This document shows, piece after piece, positions 19,008-28,339 of a stretch of 55,161 nt of DNA. Position numbers and translations under genes: made by a program. Position 1 is the first letter of the stretch. Each line of letters begins with the position of its first letter. The stretch is from a virus (lineage: Duplodnaviria; Caudoviricetes): IMG/VR virus record IMGVR_UViG_3300020042_006565, positions 1 through 55,161 of that record; one strand, given 5' to 3'. A model generated the notes under the pieces. That model searched no databases and was not told the DNA's origin. It saw nothing but the letters and a program-made list of their open reading frames with translations.

Positions 19008-19667
19008 TCAGGCAAAGTGGGTCAGCTGCACGCGGGATGAGGCAGCAACCTGCCCTGATCTAGCGACGATGGCGGCCTTGCGGGTGGCGACATCAAACTG
19101 AACTCGGTAAGCGCCAGCCAGCGCAGGTGCAGAAAAAGGTTGACCTGGAATGAGCATCAAGCGAGAGATGGCTCCCGCCGCGATGGGCTCGACCCAGTTG
19201 TTGAACAGCACGTCGTCCACCGAGGACGCAGATCTCGACGGGGCGAACGCAGCTCGCACGGCCAGCCCGTTGGCCACCGTGTAGACAGGCACCGGGTACA
19301 GCGTGATGTCTTCGCTGGTGGGCGTCTTCTGGAAGTACACCCTGGGGGTGCTCTCGGTGGCGGTCGAATCTCCCACGTCACCGCGCAGTGCGACGCCAGA
19401 GCGCATGTTTTCGATTGAGTTCGGTGTCAGCCAAGAGTCCTCGTGAATCACGCCGAGCACTCGAACCAGCACGGACGAGGCCGGAACGTCCACCGTGTAG
19501 TCCACCACCCCTGCGGTCACGGTCTGCGTAGACAGCTCTTGGACCAGCAGCGTCTGAGTACAGAACTCGATGCACGACGACAAAACCGCCTGCTCGGCCA
19601 GCATGTTTGTGCAGCCCACAACATGCGGTAGGACGTAGGGCAGAAACGAGGTCAGCGAGGTGGCCAT
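19008..19667 (-). CDS. head completion/adaptor protein
   Basis: LP.V.GC....A.QA....IEFC and IAAGA..RLM..PGQPFS.P motifs. Confidence 0.6.
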   Translation of the reverse strand: MATSLTSFLPYVLPHVVGCTNMLAEQAVLSSCIEFCTQTLLVQELSTQTVTAGVVDYTVDVPASSVLVRVLGVIHEDSWLTPNSIENMRSGVALRGDVGDSTATESTPRVYFQKTPTSEDITLYPVPVYTVANGLAVRAAFAPSRSASSVDDVLFNNWVEPIAAGAISRLMLIPGQPFSAPALAGAYRVQFDVATRKAAIVARSGQVAASSRVQLTHFA

Positions 19668-19669
19668 AT

Positions 19670-19697
19670 GAAAAACGCCCGGTGGTTAGCCGGGCGT
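19670..19697 (-). terminator. intrinsic terminator after capsid/decoration genes
   Basis: Minus strand reads ACGCCCGG-CTAACCA-CCGGGCGT-TTTTC. Confidence 0.7.
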
Positions 19698-19706
19698 ACT
19701 TTATCA

Positions 19707-19722
19707 CGCTTACATGTAAGCG
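19707..19722. promoter_or_regulatory. perfect palindromic operator CGCTTACATGTAAGCG
   Basis: Intergenic. Identical to 3728-3743. Confidence 0.75.
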
Positions 19723-19731
19723 CCTAGCACG

Positions 19732-20133
19732 TTATGCGGAGAGCACAGCCGTGTAGTCATTGCCGTTGGGGTGGGGGTAGAACGTAGCGGCTTTGTTCTG
19801 CGCAACCGAGAACGATGCGTTGGCAGTGCCGTTGTTGATCTTCCCGCCCGCTGCAGCGCCTGCGACAGCGTCCCAAGGAGGGAACACCAGCAAAGCCACT
19901 GCCGTGGCAGCGTGGTTGACGATGGTGATGGGCGAGCCCACCGAGCCGTTCTTCGGCAACACCAGTGCGGTGGAGCCCGTGACGGGCACCGTGACGCACA
20001 AGCCACCAGTGGCCGTGGTAGCCGCAGCCACCAGGGTCGTCTGAACAGCGATGGTGGTCTGGCCCGCAGTGGCCGTTCCGTTGAAGAACTCGACGCCGCC
20101 ATCGGCGCGGGCAAATTGAGTGCTAATAGGCAT
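19732..20133 (-). CDS. putative capsid decoration/cement protein
   Basis: Small Ala/Thr-rich ORF directly after the major capsid gene. AGGAG RBS. Confidence 0.6.
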   Translation of the reverse strand: MPISTQFARADGGVEFFNGTATAGQTTIAVQTTLVAAATTATGGLCVTVPVTGSTALVLPKNGSVGSPITIVNHAATAVALLVFPPWDAVAGAAAGGKINNGTANASFSVAQNKAATFYPHPNGNDYTAVLSA

Positions 20134-20151
20134 GTTGAATACTCCTGTGGG

Positions 20152-21162
20152 TTAGGCGACGACGGCCACGGCCAGGGCTTCTGGCTTGGTGACCTTGTGG
20201 CCGAAGATCTGCAGACCGCGAACCAGATCACCGAAGTCGGTCGGGTTGCGCAGCTGCTCGGTCTTGGTCATCTGGCTGGCGAAACTCATGGCGCACTTGT
20301 GGCCAGCGAAGATCGCGCGACGCTTCAGGACGCTGCCTGCCGAGGTCACACTGTTCTCCGAGCCGTCACCCGAGATCCAAGGCGTGGCGGTACCGAGCGT
20401 GCCGGTTGGCAGCTGGTTGGACAGGTACACCGTGAAGCGGTCGATCTTGCCGATCATGCCGTTGCGGATCACCGATGCGCTGTCACCCGTGATCTGGGCT
20501 TGCTGCAAGTTGGACTTGAGCAAAGCCAAGCGGGTGGCCGGGTCGATCACCAGATAACGGTCCGAGTCAGGGATGTTCTGCTCGTCCAGGACGCTGGCCA
20601 TGCCGAGGATCGTGTCCAGGATGGTGTTGGTGGTAGTAGACAAAACCACCGGAGCGGTGTCCGTGCCAAGGTTGATGGCCCCCGACTTCACACCAGCGGT
20701 AGCGCCACGATTGGTGGCCGAGCCGTTGAAGATCGAGCGGTAAACGCAAGTCGAGTCGATCACGATGCGCATCTGTTCGGCAGCGTCGTTGCTGAACATG
20801 TTCATCAGGTCGGGCTTGGCTTGGTACTCCAGCACGTCGGCGACGTTGAAGCCGAAATACTTAGCGCGGTCCACCAGCATCTCAATCGTGTTGGGGGTTG
20901 GGGTCTGGTAGTTCAGGTTGCCGCCAACAACGTAGTCACTGATCGTCAGCGACGGGATGTTATTGATGATGACCTTGTCGCCGATGTTGCTGATGTCGCC
21001 TTCCCAGCTGCGATTGCAAATGTCTGCAAACACGGAAGTCGCATAGAACTTGACGTTCAGCTTGCTCGACCAGATGGTCGGAATGAACGTGCCTGAGTAG
21101 GCGGGGTTGGTGTTGTACTGTGCCCCTACTGGGGTCACTTGACCTGTAGTAATCGTTGCCAT
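20152..21162 (-). CDS. major capsid protein (P22 coat/N4-like HK97 fold)
   Basis: FIPTIWSSKL, WEGDISNIGDKVII, LDEQNIP..DRYLVI and FGDLVRGLQIFG.KV.KPEAL. Follows the scaffold gene. Confidence 0.9.
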   Translation of the reverse strand: MATITTGQVTPVGAQYNTNPAYSGTFIPTIWSSKLNVKFYATSVFADICNRSWEGDISNIGDKVIINNIPSLTISDYVVGGNLNYQTPTPNTIEMLVDRAKYFGFNVADVLEYQAKPDLMNMFSNDAAEQMRIVIDSTCVYRSIFNGSATNRGATAGVKSGAINLGTDTAPVVLSTTTNTILDTILGMASVLDEQNIPDSDRYLVIDPATRLALLKSNLQQAQITGDSASVIRNGMIGKIDRFTVYLSNQLPTGTLGTATPWISGDGSENSVTSAGSVLKRRAIFAGHKCAMSFASQMTKTEQLRNPTDFGDLVRGLQIFGHKVTKPEALAVAVVA

Positions 21163-21189
21163 GATTGATCCTTAAATTGTGCTTACACG

Positions 21190-22143
21190 TTAGCGAATAC
21201 GCCCTTCGGCAGCTGCTGCATCTATTTCCGCTACGAGCTGAGCGGCTTCTGCTTCGCGTCTTGCGTAGTGGCCCCTGGCGACGTCGTTGTAGAACTTCTC
21301 AACGAACTTCGAGGTGAACACCGGCTTGGCCGATTGAGCAGAAGGATTGACAGCGGCAGCGCCATTCGGGGCTACTTGATTTGCCATCGAACTTGGTTGC
21401 TTGACCGGGTGAGCAGCCTTGAACGCCTTGAACACATTCGCTACACGCTGCACGTCCATGCGCTGATGGGCGTCGTCCAGAGCCAGCTGCCGAGCAGCTC
21501 CGTAAACGGAGTCAACCTCGGCGAGCCATGCGAGCCAGCGCGAGTCCTGGTTGACTTGCTCCCAGTCGGGCACAAGCGTGTTCAGGGTTGCGTAGAACTG
21601 CTGCTCCAGATTCGTGTTGGTGCGAGTGGCCACACCAGTGACTTGCTGTTCAAGTGCCGACAAGCGGCCGTCCATCTCAGCTGCTTTCCCGCCGAATTGA
21701 TCCGCCATGCCTTGGAATACTCGTTCGGCGTAGCGCTGGACCATCTCGATCAGGTCAGCTCCAAAGTTCTCTACATCCTTGGGGTCCGCAGTGGCGTTGG
21801 CCTTCTGGTCATCCTGCTTACGCGTTTGCATCAGCGCATCTAGCTGCTTCTGCATTTGCGCGAATTGGCTCTCGTACTGCTTGTTCTGGGCCTGAAGCTC
21901 GCCGGTCTTTTGGGCAAACATGCCCTGAAGACTTCGATACTTCTGTTGCCAGTCATCGGCAGGAGGCGGCGCGGGAGGCTGGGGCTCTACGAGCTGCGGT
22001 TGCGCACTAACAGGTTCGTTCGCGGTAAACAGTTGGGCTGGGTCATTCATCACAACTTCGGTCTGTGCGACCTGTTGGGAGATTGCCGCTTCTGCCGCTG
22101 CAGCTTCGTCAGCTTGCCGTTGAATCGCCTTGGGGAGTGCCAT
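21190..22143 (-). CDS. capsid scaffolding protein
   Basis: Coiled-coil and acidic composition. WQQKYRSLQG, VPDWEQVN....WLAWL and C-terminal IDAAAAEGRIR. Precedes the capsid gene. Confidence 0.75.
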   Translation of the reverse strand: MALPKAIQRQADEAAAAEAAISQQVAQTEVVMNDPAQLFTANEPVSAQPQLVEPQPPAPPPADDWQQKYRSLQGMFAQKTGELQAQNKQYESQFAQMQKQLDALMQTRKQDDQKANATADPKDVENFGADLIEMVQRYAERVFQGMADQFGGKAAEMDGRLSALEQQVTGVATRTNTNLEQQFYATLNTLVPDWEQVNQDSRWLAWLAEVDSVYGAARQLALDDAHQRMDVQRVANVFKAFKAAHPVKQPSSMANQVAPNGAAAVNPSAQSAKPVFTSKFVEKFYNDVARGHYARREAEAAQLVAEIDAAAAEGRIR

Positions 22144-22228
22144 GTAATAGTTCCTTTCCGTGCCGCCCTGGATATTCAGGGGTTGGGCTTGGTGGTCTTA
22201 CTTGTTTACATGTTAGCACGTGCAAACC

Positions 22229-22423
22229 CTAACGCAGTTTCTGGGCCGCCTCAAGCAAATCAACGAGCTTGTTGATAACGGCCAGTTGGCCCTGGGCGCG
22301 ATGCACCATGACCATATCCGTAGCCCCGGTCAGATACTTGACGGCGCAAGCTGCTTCCTGGTCCAACCATTCCCTCAGTGGGCGGTCATCACATATCCGG
22401 CGAAACTTCTCTGCGCTGCTCAC
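22229..22423 (-). CDS. small head-module hypothetical protein
   Basis: ATGA overlap with the endolysin stop. HRAQG motif is common in small genes between portal and scaffold. Confidence 0.55.
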   Translation of the reverse strand: MSSAEKFRRICDDRPLREWLDQEAACAVKYLTGATDMVMVHRAQGQLAVINKLVDLLEAAQKLR

Positions 22424-22758
22424 GGGCGGCGCTCAAAATGCGGGACATCCTTGAACGAGTTCCAAAACCCGCCCCAGCTATTCTTGGGGCTCAAGGACTG
22501 CCAATAATCGCCAAGAGGTTTCAGCGTGGGGATGTCGTACGTCAACACGCCACCCTTGAAGAAATTCAGGTCAATCGCGCAGCGGCGCAGGTGGTTCGAG
22601 TTCATCGTCTTCGACCGGCCCGTCTTGACGTAGATCTGCTGCTGCTCCGTCGTGCGGAACAACTCGCCTGCCGTGACGGTGAACCCCAACTCGGTCGCCT
22701 TCTCGATCAACTTGCACGCATGCAAGAGGAACTCGGCTTGCTCGGGCACGGCGCTCAT
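22420..22758 (-). CDS. endolysin, peptidase M15 family (L-Ala-D-Glu peptidase-like)
   Basis: Zn-peptidase motifs R...QQ, SNHLRRCAIDL and WGG.W....DVPHFE. Confidence 0.85.
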   Translation of the reverse strand: MSAVPEQAEFLLHACKLIEKATELGFTVTAGELFRTTEQQQIYVKTGRSKTMNSNHLRRCAIDLNFFKGGVLTYDIPTLKPLGDYWQSLSPKNSWGGFWNSFKDVPHFERRP

Positions 22759-23255
22759 TTTTCACCCCCAGCCAGTCTGGCGATGGTGTCGTCCTTGGCT
22801 TGACTGCGCACCGACGATCCGAAATAGAAACCCAAAACGAGTGTCATCAAACCCACCACGGCAGTGCGGACGTCGGCGTCTTTTGTCGTGGCCAACAGAG
22901 CCCCACCACCCAGAACCACCAGCAAAGCCAGTACCGCAGCGACGTTCTTGGCCAACCAGGACGCGTTGACGGACTCGTTGATGCGCGTATTCATGTCGCG
23001 GGCACTATTTGTGTCCGCATAGGCCAGTTGGTCGGCCTTCAACTCCTGCTCACGCTGTGCCAGGACAAATTGGTTGAGCGCTTCCTCGTGCGACGTTTCG
23101 AGCTGCTTGAGCTGGATGCGCCCCTGCTCGGTGCTCATGGCGGTCGTGAGGTCCACGCCGAGCTTCTCCTCGATGACGTCCTTGCCCTTGGCCATGACGG
23201 CGTTCCCGATCAAGCTGAGCCCGCTTTGGAGCAACGCGCCAACCAGAGGAATCAC
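22755..23255 (-). CDS. putative holin-like membrane protein
   Basis: GTG start at 23255 overlapping the upstream stop. D..SAR.M motif, two C-terminal TM segments and GFYFGSS. Adjacent to the endolysin. Confidence 0.65.
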   Translation of the reverse strand: MIPLVGALLQSGLSLIGNAVMAKGKDVIEEKLGVDLTTAMSTEQGRIQLKQLETSHEEALNQFVLAQREQELKADQLAYADTNSARDMNTRINESVNASWLAKNVAAVLALLVVLGGGALLATTKDADVRTAVVGLMTLVLGFYFGSSVRSQAKDDTIARLAGGEK

Positions 23256-23500
23256 TTCAGCCCCTTCAGGTGGATGTAGAGACCAGCAGCCAAGACGGTC
23301 AACAGCGCGGTAGTGCAGACCTGCGCCACGGTCTTCCAGGCTGTGGTCTTGGCATCTCGCCACGCTTCGAGCAAGCTGCGCAGCTCCATGACGTCACGCA
23401 CGGCGGCATCGTCGTGCAGCCCGATGGACTCCAACGCTTCGCGCGCACCGCGCTTGGCGGCACGCTCCAGTAGAGCTTCGAGTTCAGATTCGCTCATCAT
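23252..23500 (-). CDS. small membrane-anchored protein (DUF6127-like), possible lysis accessory
   Basis: AA.RGA..AL..IGL.D..A..D..ELRSLL.AWR.AK plus a C-terminal hydrophobic helix. Confidence 0.6.
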   Translation of the reverse strand: MMSESELEALLERAAKRGAREALESIGLHDDAAVRDVMELRSLLEAWRDAKTTAWKTVAQVCTTALLTVLAAGLYIHLKGLK

Positions 23501-25608
23501 GCTGGCTGGAAGTTGTCGGTTACGGGAGCACCATTCATCAGCTGCTGCTGATTTGGCTTCTGAGGCGCGTTTTGCATCTCCTGCTGCATGGCTTGCTGCG
23601 CCTGTTGGGCCTGCTGCATCGCGGCGCGTTCCTTGAGGACTGCCACGGGCGGGACCACCTTGTCAGCGTTCATGTCCAGCGTCTTGACCGTCTGGCGCAG
23701 CACCTCGGCTCTGCCCTCCATGCCGATGATCTGCATGTCAATCGGATTGGCCGTGGCCAGCAAGAACTCGTTGCGGCGAACCTGGGCAGCTTCCTTGACC
23801 GCGAGCGACATGGCCCCGCGCGAGATGACTTTGACGTCACCCTTCAGATCGGGGTCGTCGCTGTAGCGCATGTTGTAGTAGTACAGGCGGTCGAGCAGCT
23901 TGGTCATGACGTGGATGTCGATGCCTGCCACCACCTGCTTGATGATCTTGGACGCGTTGCCAATCATCATGCTCATGCCCGACGCCGTGCGCCCTGCCCC
24001 GCCCGAGTCGCCGTTGAACCCGGACATGTACCGTGGGATGCCGGTGTATTCATCGGCCAGCTGAGAGAACCGGTCGAACACCGTCATCAGCTCGGAGGAG
24101 TTGCTCTGCGGCTGGAAAAACTGGATCGGTGAGGCGGTCGAGCCCATCGGGTCCGACTCGAACTGCCAGATCTTCCACGGGTACATCTCGGTCACGTCCT
24201 CGCCGGGTGGCAGACGGTTCGACAAGATCGCCACCTGCGGGCCTGAGCTGATGCCCAGGTTCGCGGCCAGTGAACGCGCAGCGGCGTTACACATGTCCTG
24301 GCAGTCGCGCATCAAGTCGTACGGGCTGTCGCCCCACACCGAGCCGGGGATCTGATGGAACGAGTACGAGAAGTACGGACGACGCGCCAGCGGGTCGGCG
24401 TTGAGCACCGCCTTGATGACGTACGAGCCGATGAGCCACGCCTCGATCTGGTACTCCTTGGCCGGGTCTTCGACCTGCTCAGCAGGCAGTCCCCAGTCCA
24501 ACAGCATCTGGCCGGAGGCCGAGCCCCAGAACTGCAGTGCGTCGATCAGGCCGGTGGTGACCGCAGCGTTGATCTGGTCCTTACCCTCAGCAGCAGCACG
24601 CTGCGAGTCCACCGACAGCCAATCGTGCAGACCGGACGTGCCGTACTGCTCCAGCACCTTACGGATCGCGGCTTCGCTGTAACCCTCGACACCGATCAGC
24701 TGGGTCAGGTCCTCGCGGGTCAGCTTGTGTTTCTCGATCAGCGAGCCTTCGCTGATGTGACGAGCCCACGGGGCTGGGTAGATGTTGAACGGGTCCACCC
24801 GCTCCCACTGCAGCGTGAGCTTGGTCTCGACGGCCAACTCGCCGTCCTGGCCCCATGACAGCTGTGGGCGGTTACGCACCACAGGCCCCTTGAGGAACGC
24901 AGTCTTGAACGTGGCCAAGTCGCTGATGAACTGGTCCATCGCAATCGGAAATCCACCCTCGACAAGTTGGTCCTCCATCTTGTCTTCCATGCGCTCACAG
25001 CGTATCTGGGCTTCTTCCTTGAGCTTGGTGTTGAGCTGGTCGCGGTACATGCGCAGCCGCTCTCGCACTTGGTCCATCGTGGGCTGCAGACCCGCCTCCA
25101 GGATCTGCTGAATTTCTTCCTGCAAGCCCTGAACGATCTTTTGCACCTGCTCGGGCGGCAGCTCGGGGTTCGGCGTCGGGCTCAGGGTCCACGGCTTGTC
25201 TTCGCCCATCCCCAGCAAGATGTCGCGCAACAGACTCTCGATCTGCCGCATCTTGCTCGCGGCGAGCATCATGTAGATCGCAGGCTGCTTGGACTCCTGG
25301 ATCTTCGCCAGCTTCTCTGTCGTGTACTCGCCGCGTCGGGCGTACAGGGCTTCGAGCATGGGCAGCTGCACGATCAATTTGGCTCGCTCGGCCTTGCCCC
25401 AGAAATCTTTGATGTGACCAGCCAGCCCAGCAATAGCCGGTGCGCTCTGCTGAGTCGCAAGCTCTGCGGCCATCTCTTTTTTCTTCTGCTCCTGCACGGC
25501 TGCCGCGTTCATGAACGGCATCACCCCGCCCAGGCTCCCCGACATCGGGGCCTGGGGAGCGAACTTAGGGACCGTGTACGACGGTGACGGCAGGCCGGTG
25601 GTTTCCAT
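23497..25608 (-). CDS. portal protein
   Basis: 703 aa downstream of the terminase. VDPFNIYP, GAGRTASGMSM and a Gln-rich C-terminal barrel typical of podovirus portals. Confidence 0.85.
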   Translation of the reverse strand: METTGLPSPSYTVPKFAPQAPMSGSLGGVMPFMNAAAVQEQKKKEMAAELATQQSAPAIAGLAGHIKDFWGKAERAKLIVQLPMLEALYARRGEYTTEKLAKIQESKQPAIYMMLAASKMRQIESLLRDILLGMGEDKPWTLSPTPNPELPPEQVQKIVQGLQEEIQQILEAGLQPTMDQVRERLRMYRDQLNTKLKEEAQIRCERMEDKMEDQLVEGGFPIAMDQFISDLATFKTAFLKGPVVRNRPQLSWGQDGELAVETKLTLQWERVDPFNIYPAPWARHISEGSLIEKHKLTREDLTQLIGVEGYSEAAIRKVLEQYGTSGLHDWLSVDSQRAAAEGKDQINAAVTTGLIDALQFWGSASGQMLLDWGLPAEQVEDPAKEYQIEAWLIGSYVIKAVLNADPLARRPYFSYSFHQIPGSVWGDSPYDLMRDCQDMCNAAARSLAANLGISSGPQVAILSNRLPPGEDVTEMYPWKIWQFESDPMGSTASPIQFFQPQSNSSELMTVFDRFSQLADEYTGIPRYMSGFNGDSGGAGRTASGMSMMIGNASKIIKQVVAGIDIHVMTKLLDRLYYYNMRYSDDPDLKGDVKVISRGAMSLAVKEAAQVRRNEFLLATANPIDMQIIGMEGRAEVLRQTVKTLDMNADKVVPPVAVLKERAAMQQAQQAQQAMQQEMQNAPQKPNQQQLMNGAPVTDNFQPA

Positions 25609-25611
25609 AGG

Positions 25612-25866
25612 TCAGCACTTCCACGCCCGCAGGCTCTTGTTGATACGGGAGTCCGGGTCGTTGGCTGTCTTGGCGCTGGTGAGCTTCTTTTTCATGCCCT
25701 CCATCCGGGCACAGAAGCTGTCTCTGCGGGGGCCACCTTCAGGCTGCGGGGCCTTGAGCCCTGGCTTGCCTGGATTCGCCTTGTTGTAGGAGGCACGCCC
25801 TTTGGCGTTGAGACCGCCAGCTTCGGCTTTGCCTTCCTTACGGGTCCAAGCGGGTGACTTGGCCAC
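25612..25866 (-). CDS. small basic phage protein (DUF6321-like)
   Basis: PAWTRKEGK...GGLNAKGRASY...SFCARM.GM...SRINKSLRAWKC, a widespread phage motif. GTG start. Confidence 0.7.
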   Translation of the reverse strand: MAKSPAWTRKEGKAEAGGLNAKGRASYNKANPGKPGLKAPQPEGGPRRDSFCARMEGMKKKLTSAKTANDPDSRINKSLRAWKC

Positions 25867-25869
25867 GGC

Positions 25870-26061
25870 TTACTTCTTTTTCATCATGGGCATCTTGCCC
25901 TTCATCGCAGGCTTGCCCTTCTTCATGGCTTCCATCTTCTCCCCGCTCGCATACTGCTTGGGAGTAATCTTTCCTGACTTGAGCGCTTTGCCCTCAGCCA
26001 GTTCTTCCTTGTAGGTCTCTTTACCCTTGAACAGGGCTTTGACAGCTGGTTTCATGGCCAT
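25870..26061 (-). CDS. small Lys/Met-rich protein
   Basis: ATG at 26061 after GGAG. Highly basic. Confidence 0.55.
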   Translation of the reverse strand: MAMKPAVKALFKGKETYKEELAEGKALKSGKITPKQYASGEKMEAMKKGKPAMKGKMPMMKKK

Positions 26062-26093
26062 ACGAACTCCGCAAAATAGAAGCGACCCCGGCA

Positions 26094-26123
26094 GTATAGT
26101 GCTTACACGTATGCAAATGCAAC
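26094..26123 (-). promoter_or_regulatory. sigma70-like promoter TTGCAT-N18-TATACT with palindrome variant in the spacer
   Basis: Read on the minus strand upstream of the 26061 start. Operator variant GCTTACACGTATGC at 26101-26114. Confidence 0.5.
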
Positions 26124-27557
26124 GGACTTGATCTCTCTGCGGGTCGTGGCGTGCTTGGCCCCGAACGTCGCCCCATTGTCCGCGTGCAGGCAAATGTACT
26201 GGAGTGAGTCGGCGTAGTCAGACCACGGGTGGCTCTTCTCCGGCGTCTCGTCCTTGTCGCCCTTCGAGTTGATCTTGTAGCGGTACTTGCTACGCATGGC
26301 GATGATGAGCTGGGTGCAGCCTTCCTTGTCGAACAGGATCGCGGGTTTTCCGTCGATGGTCCTGGTCAGGTAGCTGTCCACTGCGGCCAGCCGGGCTGTG
26401 ATCGTGTTGGTCTTGGCCGGTTTAACGACGAACCCCTCGGCTTTGAAGATGTCAGCCACGGTGCGCTCGTCGGTCTGCGCTCTTTGGAACGCTGCCGGGT
26501 CGATGATGATGACTGACGGCTTGCCCGCGTACTTGGTCGCTATCAGCGGCTTGAGCATCTCCCGCACGAACCTCAGCGCACCCATGCTCTCGCCGGATAT
26601 GGAGTCATGCACGATCAACCGGCCCTGGTAGTCGAGCTGCGCGATGGTCGCTGTGGGGGTCAGGCCTGCATCCACCCCGATGATGATCGGTGCCGAGAGC
26701 ACGTTCAGCTTGCTCGTCGAGATGTGCGTGTCCTGCTTGAAGCTGCTGAACACCGGCTTGCCGGAGAGCGACTTGCCGAACTGCGCGTGGATGTACACGT
26801 CGATCCAGTCCTGCGTTTTCCCCTCTGCGAGGTCGTCGTAGTAAGACGCGGGCAGGAACTGCAGCCAATCTGCCTCTGTGGCCAGCCCGGATGGCTGGAA
26901 AAAGACAGCTACGTTCGACGGAGGATCTGTCAGCAGCGCCTCCCAGTGCGTGTCCATGTCCGGTGGGTTCGTCATCCCCCACAGGTGCTTGTTCGGACTG
27001 CCATCGTCGGTGACGCACCCGCCTATCGCGTGTCCTTTGTCGTCCTTGCCCCACTCGGGGCGTGGCGGCACGAGCATCTTGTCCGGGTATCTGCCCAGAC
27101 GGCCCTGGATCGCCTCGAAGATGTCCCTGTGGATCTCTCTGAACTCGTCCAGGATGGCAAAACTCGCCTGCAGCGACAGCAGCCGCCTCACGTCGTTCGA
27201 GTCATCCAGGCCCCGGAACAGAACTTCGCACTCGACGTCGTCGAACTTCAGCGTGAACTTCATGTCCACCTTGGCCATCGACCCTGCCTGGCCGTCCGGG
27301 AACCACTTCAAAAAGTCCGGGATGCTGGGGTCGGTGAGCATCTGCCGCGTGTTTCGTATCCACACCGCCCTCGATCTGCGGATACCGTCCTTGCACGCGG
27401 CCATCTGCTTGGCGTGGTACGCGATCTTCATGATCCCTGCGCTGGTCTTGGTGCTGCCGACCGGGCCGACGATCAGCGAGATGAACGAGTCCGAGCCCAG
27501 GAACCCCTGCACTGACTCTGGGGGGTTGAAGTCGATGCCGTGAGTGGTTTTGCTCAT
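26103..27557 (-). CDS. terL: terminase large subunit
   Basis: Walker A GPVGSTKT, Walker B AILDE, coupling motif MTNPP, RNase H-like nuclease motifs GVDAG and DYADSLQY. Confidence 0.9.
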   Translation of the reverse strand: MSKTTHGIDFNPPESVQGFLGSDSFISLIVGPVGSTKTSAGIMKIAYHAKQMAACKDGIRRSRAVWIRNTRQMLTDPSIPDFLKWFPDGQAGSMAKVDMKFTLKFDDVECEVLFRGLDDSNDVRRLLSLQASFAILDEFREIHRDIFEAIQGRLGRYPDKMLVPPRPEWGKDDKGHAIGGCVTDDGSPNKHLWGMTNPPDMDTHWEALLTDPPSNVAVFFQPSGLATEADWLQFLPASYYDDLAEGKTQDWIDVYIHAQFGKSLSGKPVFSSFKQDTHISTSKLNVLSAPIIIGVDAGLTPTATIAQLDYQGRLIVHDSISGESMGALRFVREMLKPLIATKYAGKPSVIIIDPAAFQRAQTDERTVADIFKAEGFVVKPAKTNTITARLAAVDSYLTRTIDGKPAILFDKEGCTQLIIAMRSKYRYKINSKGDKDETPEKSHPWSDYADSLQYICLHADNGATFGAKHATTRREIKSVAFAYV

Positions 27558-27910
27558 TCGCTGGTCGCTTCTGTGGCGGTTACTTCCGTCACTGCGCCCT
27601 CGATGACGTTCTGGTCTGCCTTGCGCTGCGTCATGTTGATGTTGACGCTGAAGGTCGGACCCCCTGCACCTGCTGACACGTTAGTTTGTTTGGGGATCGC
27701 GTCCGCGACCTTGGCCAAGAACTCCATGAACTGCACGCGAGTGGCCATCGACACTGCCGGGTCGCGCATGCGCATGTGCATCAAGTCGATATGCACTGCC
27801 AGGAGCTTCAAGTTGTAGTCCTTGAACGCCTTGGGATTGGCTACGAACTCCTCCAGCAGCGCTGGGGGCATCGCCAACTGTTTTGATACTGCGGGGTTGG
27901 TCTGGTCCAT
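27554..27910 (-). CDS. terS: putative terminase small subunit
   Basis: Overlaps the terL start (ATGA). Helical body plus a GGPTFSVNINM beta-strand tail. Confidence 0.55.
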   Translation of the reverse strand: MDQTNPAVSKQLAMPPALLEEFVANPKAFKDYNLKLLAVHIDLMHMRMRDPAVSMATRVQFMEFLAKVADAIPKQTNVSAGAGGPTFSVNINMTQRKADQNVIEGAVTEVTATEATSE

Positions 27911-27919
27911 GACCAGATA

Positions 27920-28150
27920 TTACATCAACGGTGTCGTAAATAGGGTTAAGTACGCATCGCGCTGATTACGCAGGACTATCGCTGCGTTTTGCTGTGGGGC
28001 GGTCAGGGGTAATTTGGTCGCCTGGAACAACAGCTGCACAGCGTGGGCTGTGAGCGGGTCCTTATTAATAGCAAAGATCTGCAGCCCTTCTGCTGCCAGG
28101 TCGTGCAGCTCTGCGAGCTGGGTGTTTTTTGGCTTGGGTGTCATAGCCAT
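27920..28150 (-). CDS. hypothetical protein (76 aa)
   Basis: First ORF of the leftward operon. No clear RBS. Confidence 0.4.
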   Translation of the reverse strand: MAMTPKPKNTQLAELHDLAAEGLQIFAINKDPLTAHAVQLLFQATKLPLTAPQQNAAIVLRNQRDAYLTLFTTPLM

Positions 28151-28233
28151 GAATGTAGGGGATTTTTTGGAAAAATTTTTGGGGGAGGGGTGCTTTTTGG
28201 GCGCGAAATGGGCTGGGTGTCATAGCCATGAAT
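28135..28233. repeat. 20-bp direct repeat TGGGTGTCATAGCCATGAAT (28135-28154, 28214-28233)
   Basis: Exact duplicate read directly from the sequence. Confidence 0.85.
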
Positions 28234-28339
28234 CGAAAAATTGGGCTTGAGATGTATGAACTACCCCCCTACCCCCACGCCGCCCGCCTGGTTGGTCCCA
28301 CCCCCCCACCCCGGCACCCCCCGAAAACACGGAAAACAC

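Noticed and set aside
88-27886. Numerous plus-strand ORFs in the structural module (and minus-strand ORFs in the early module)
   Set aside because: These are antisense shadows of GC-rich genes with no RBS or motifs.
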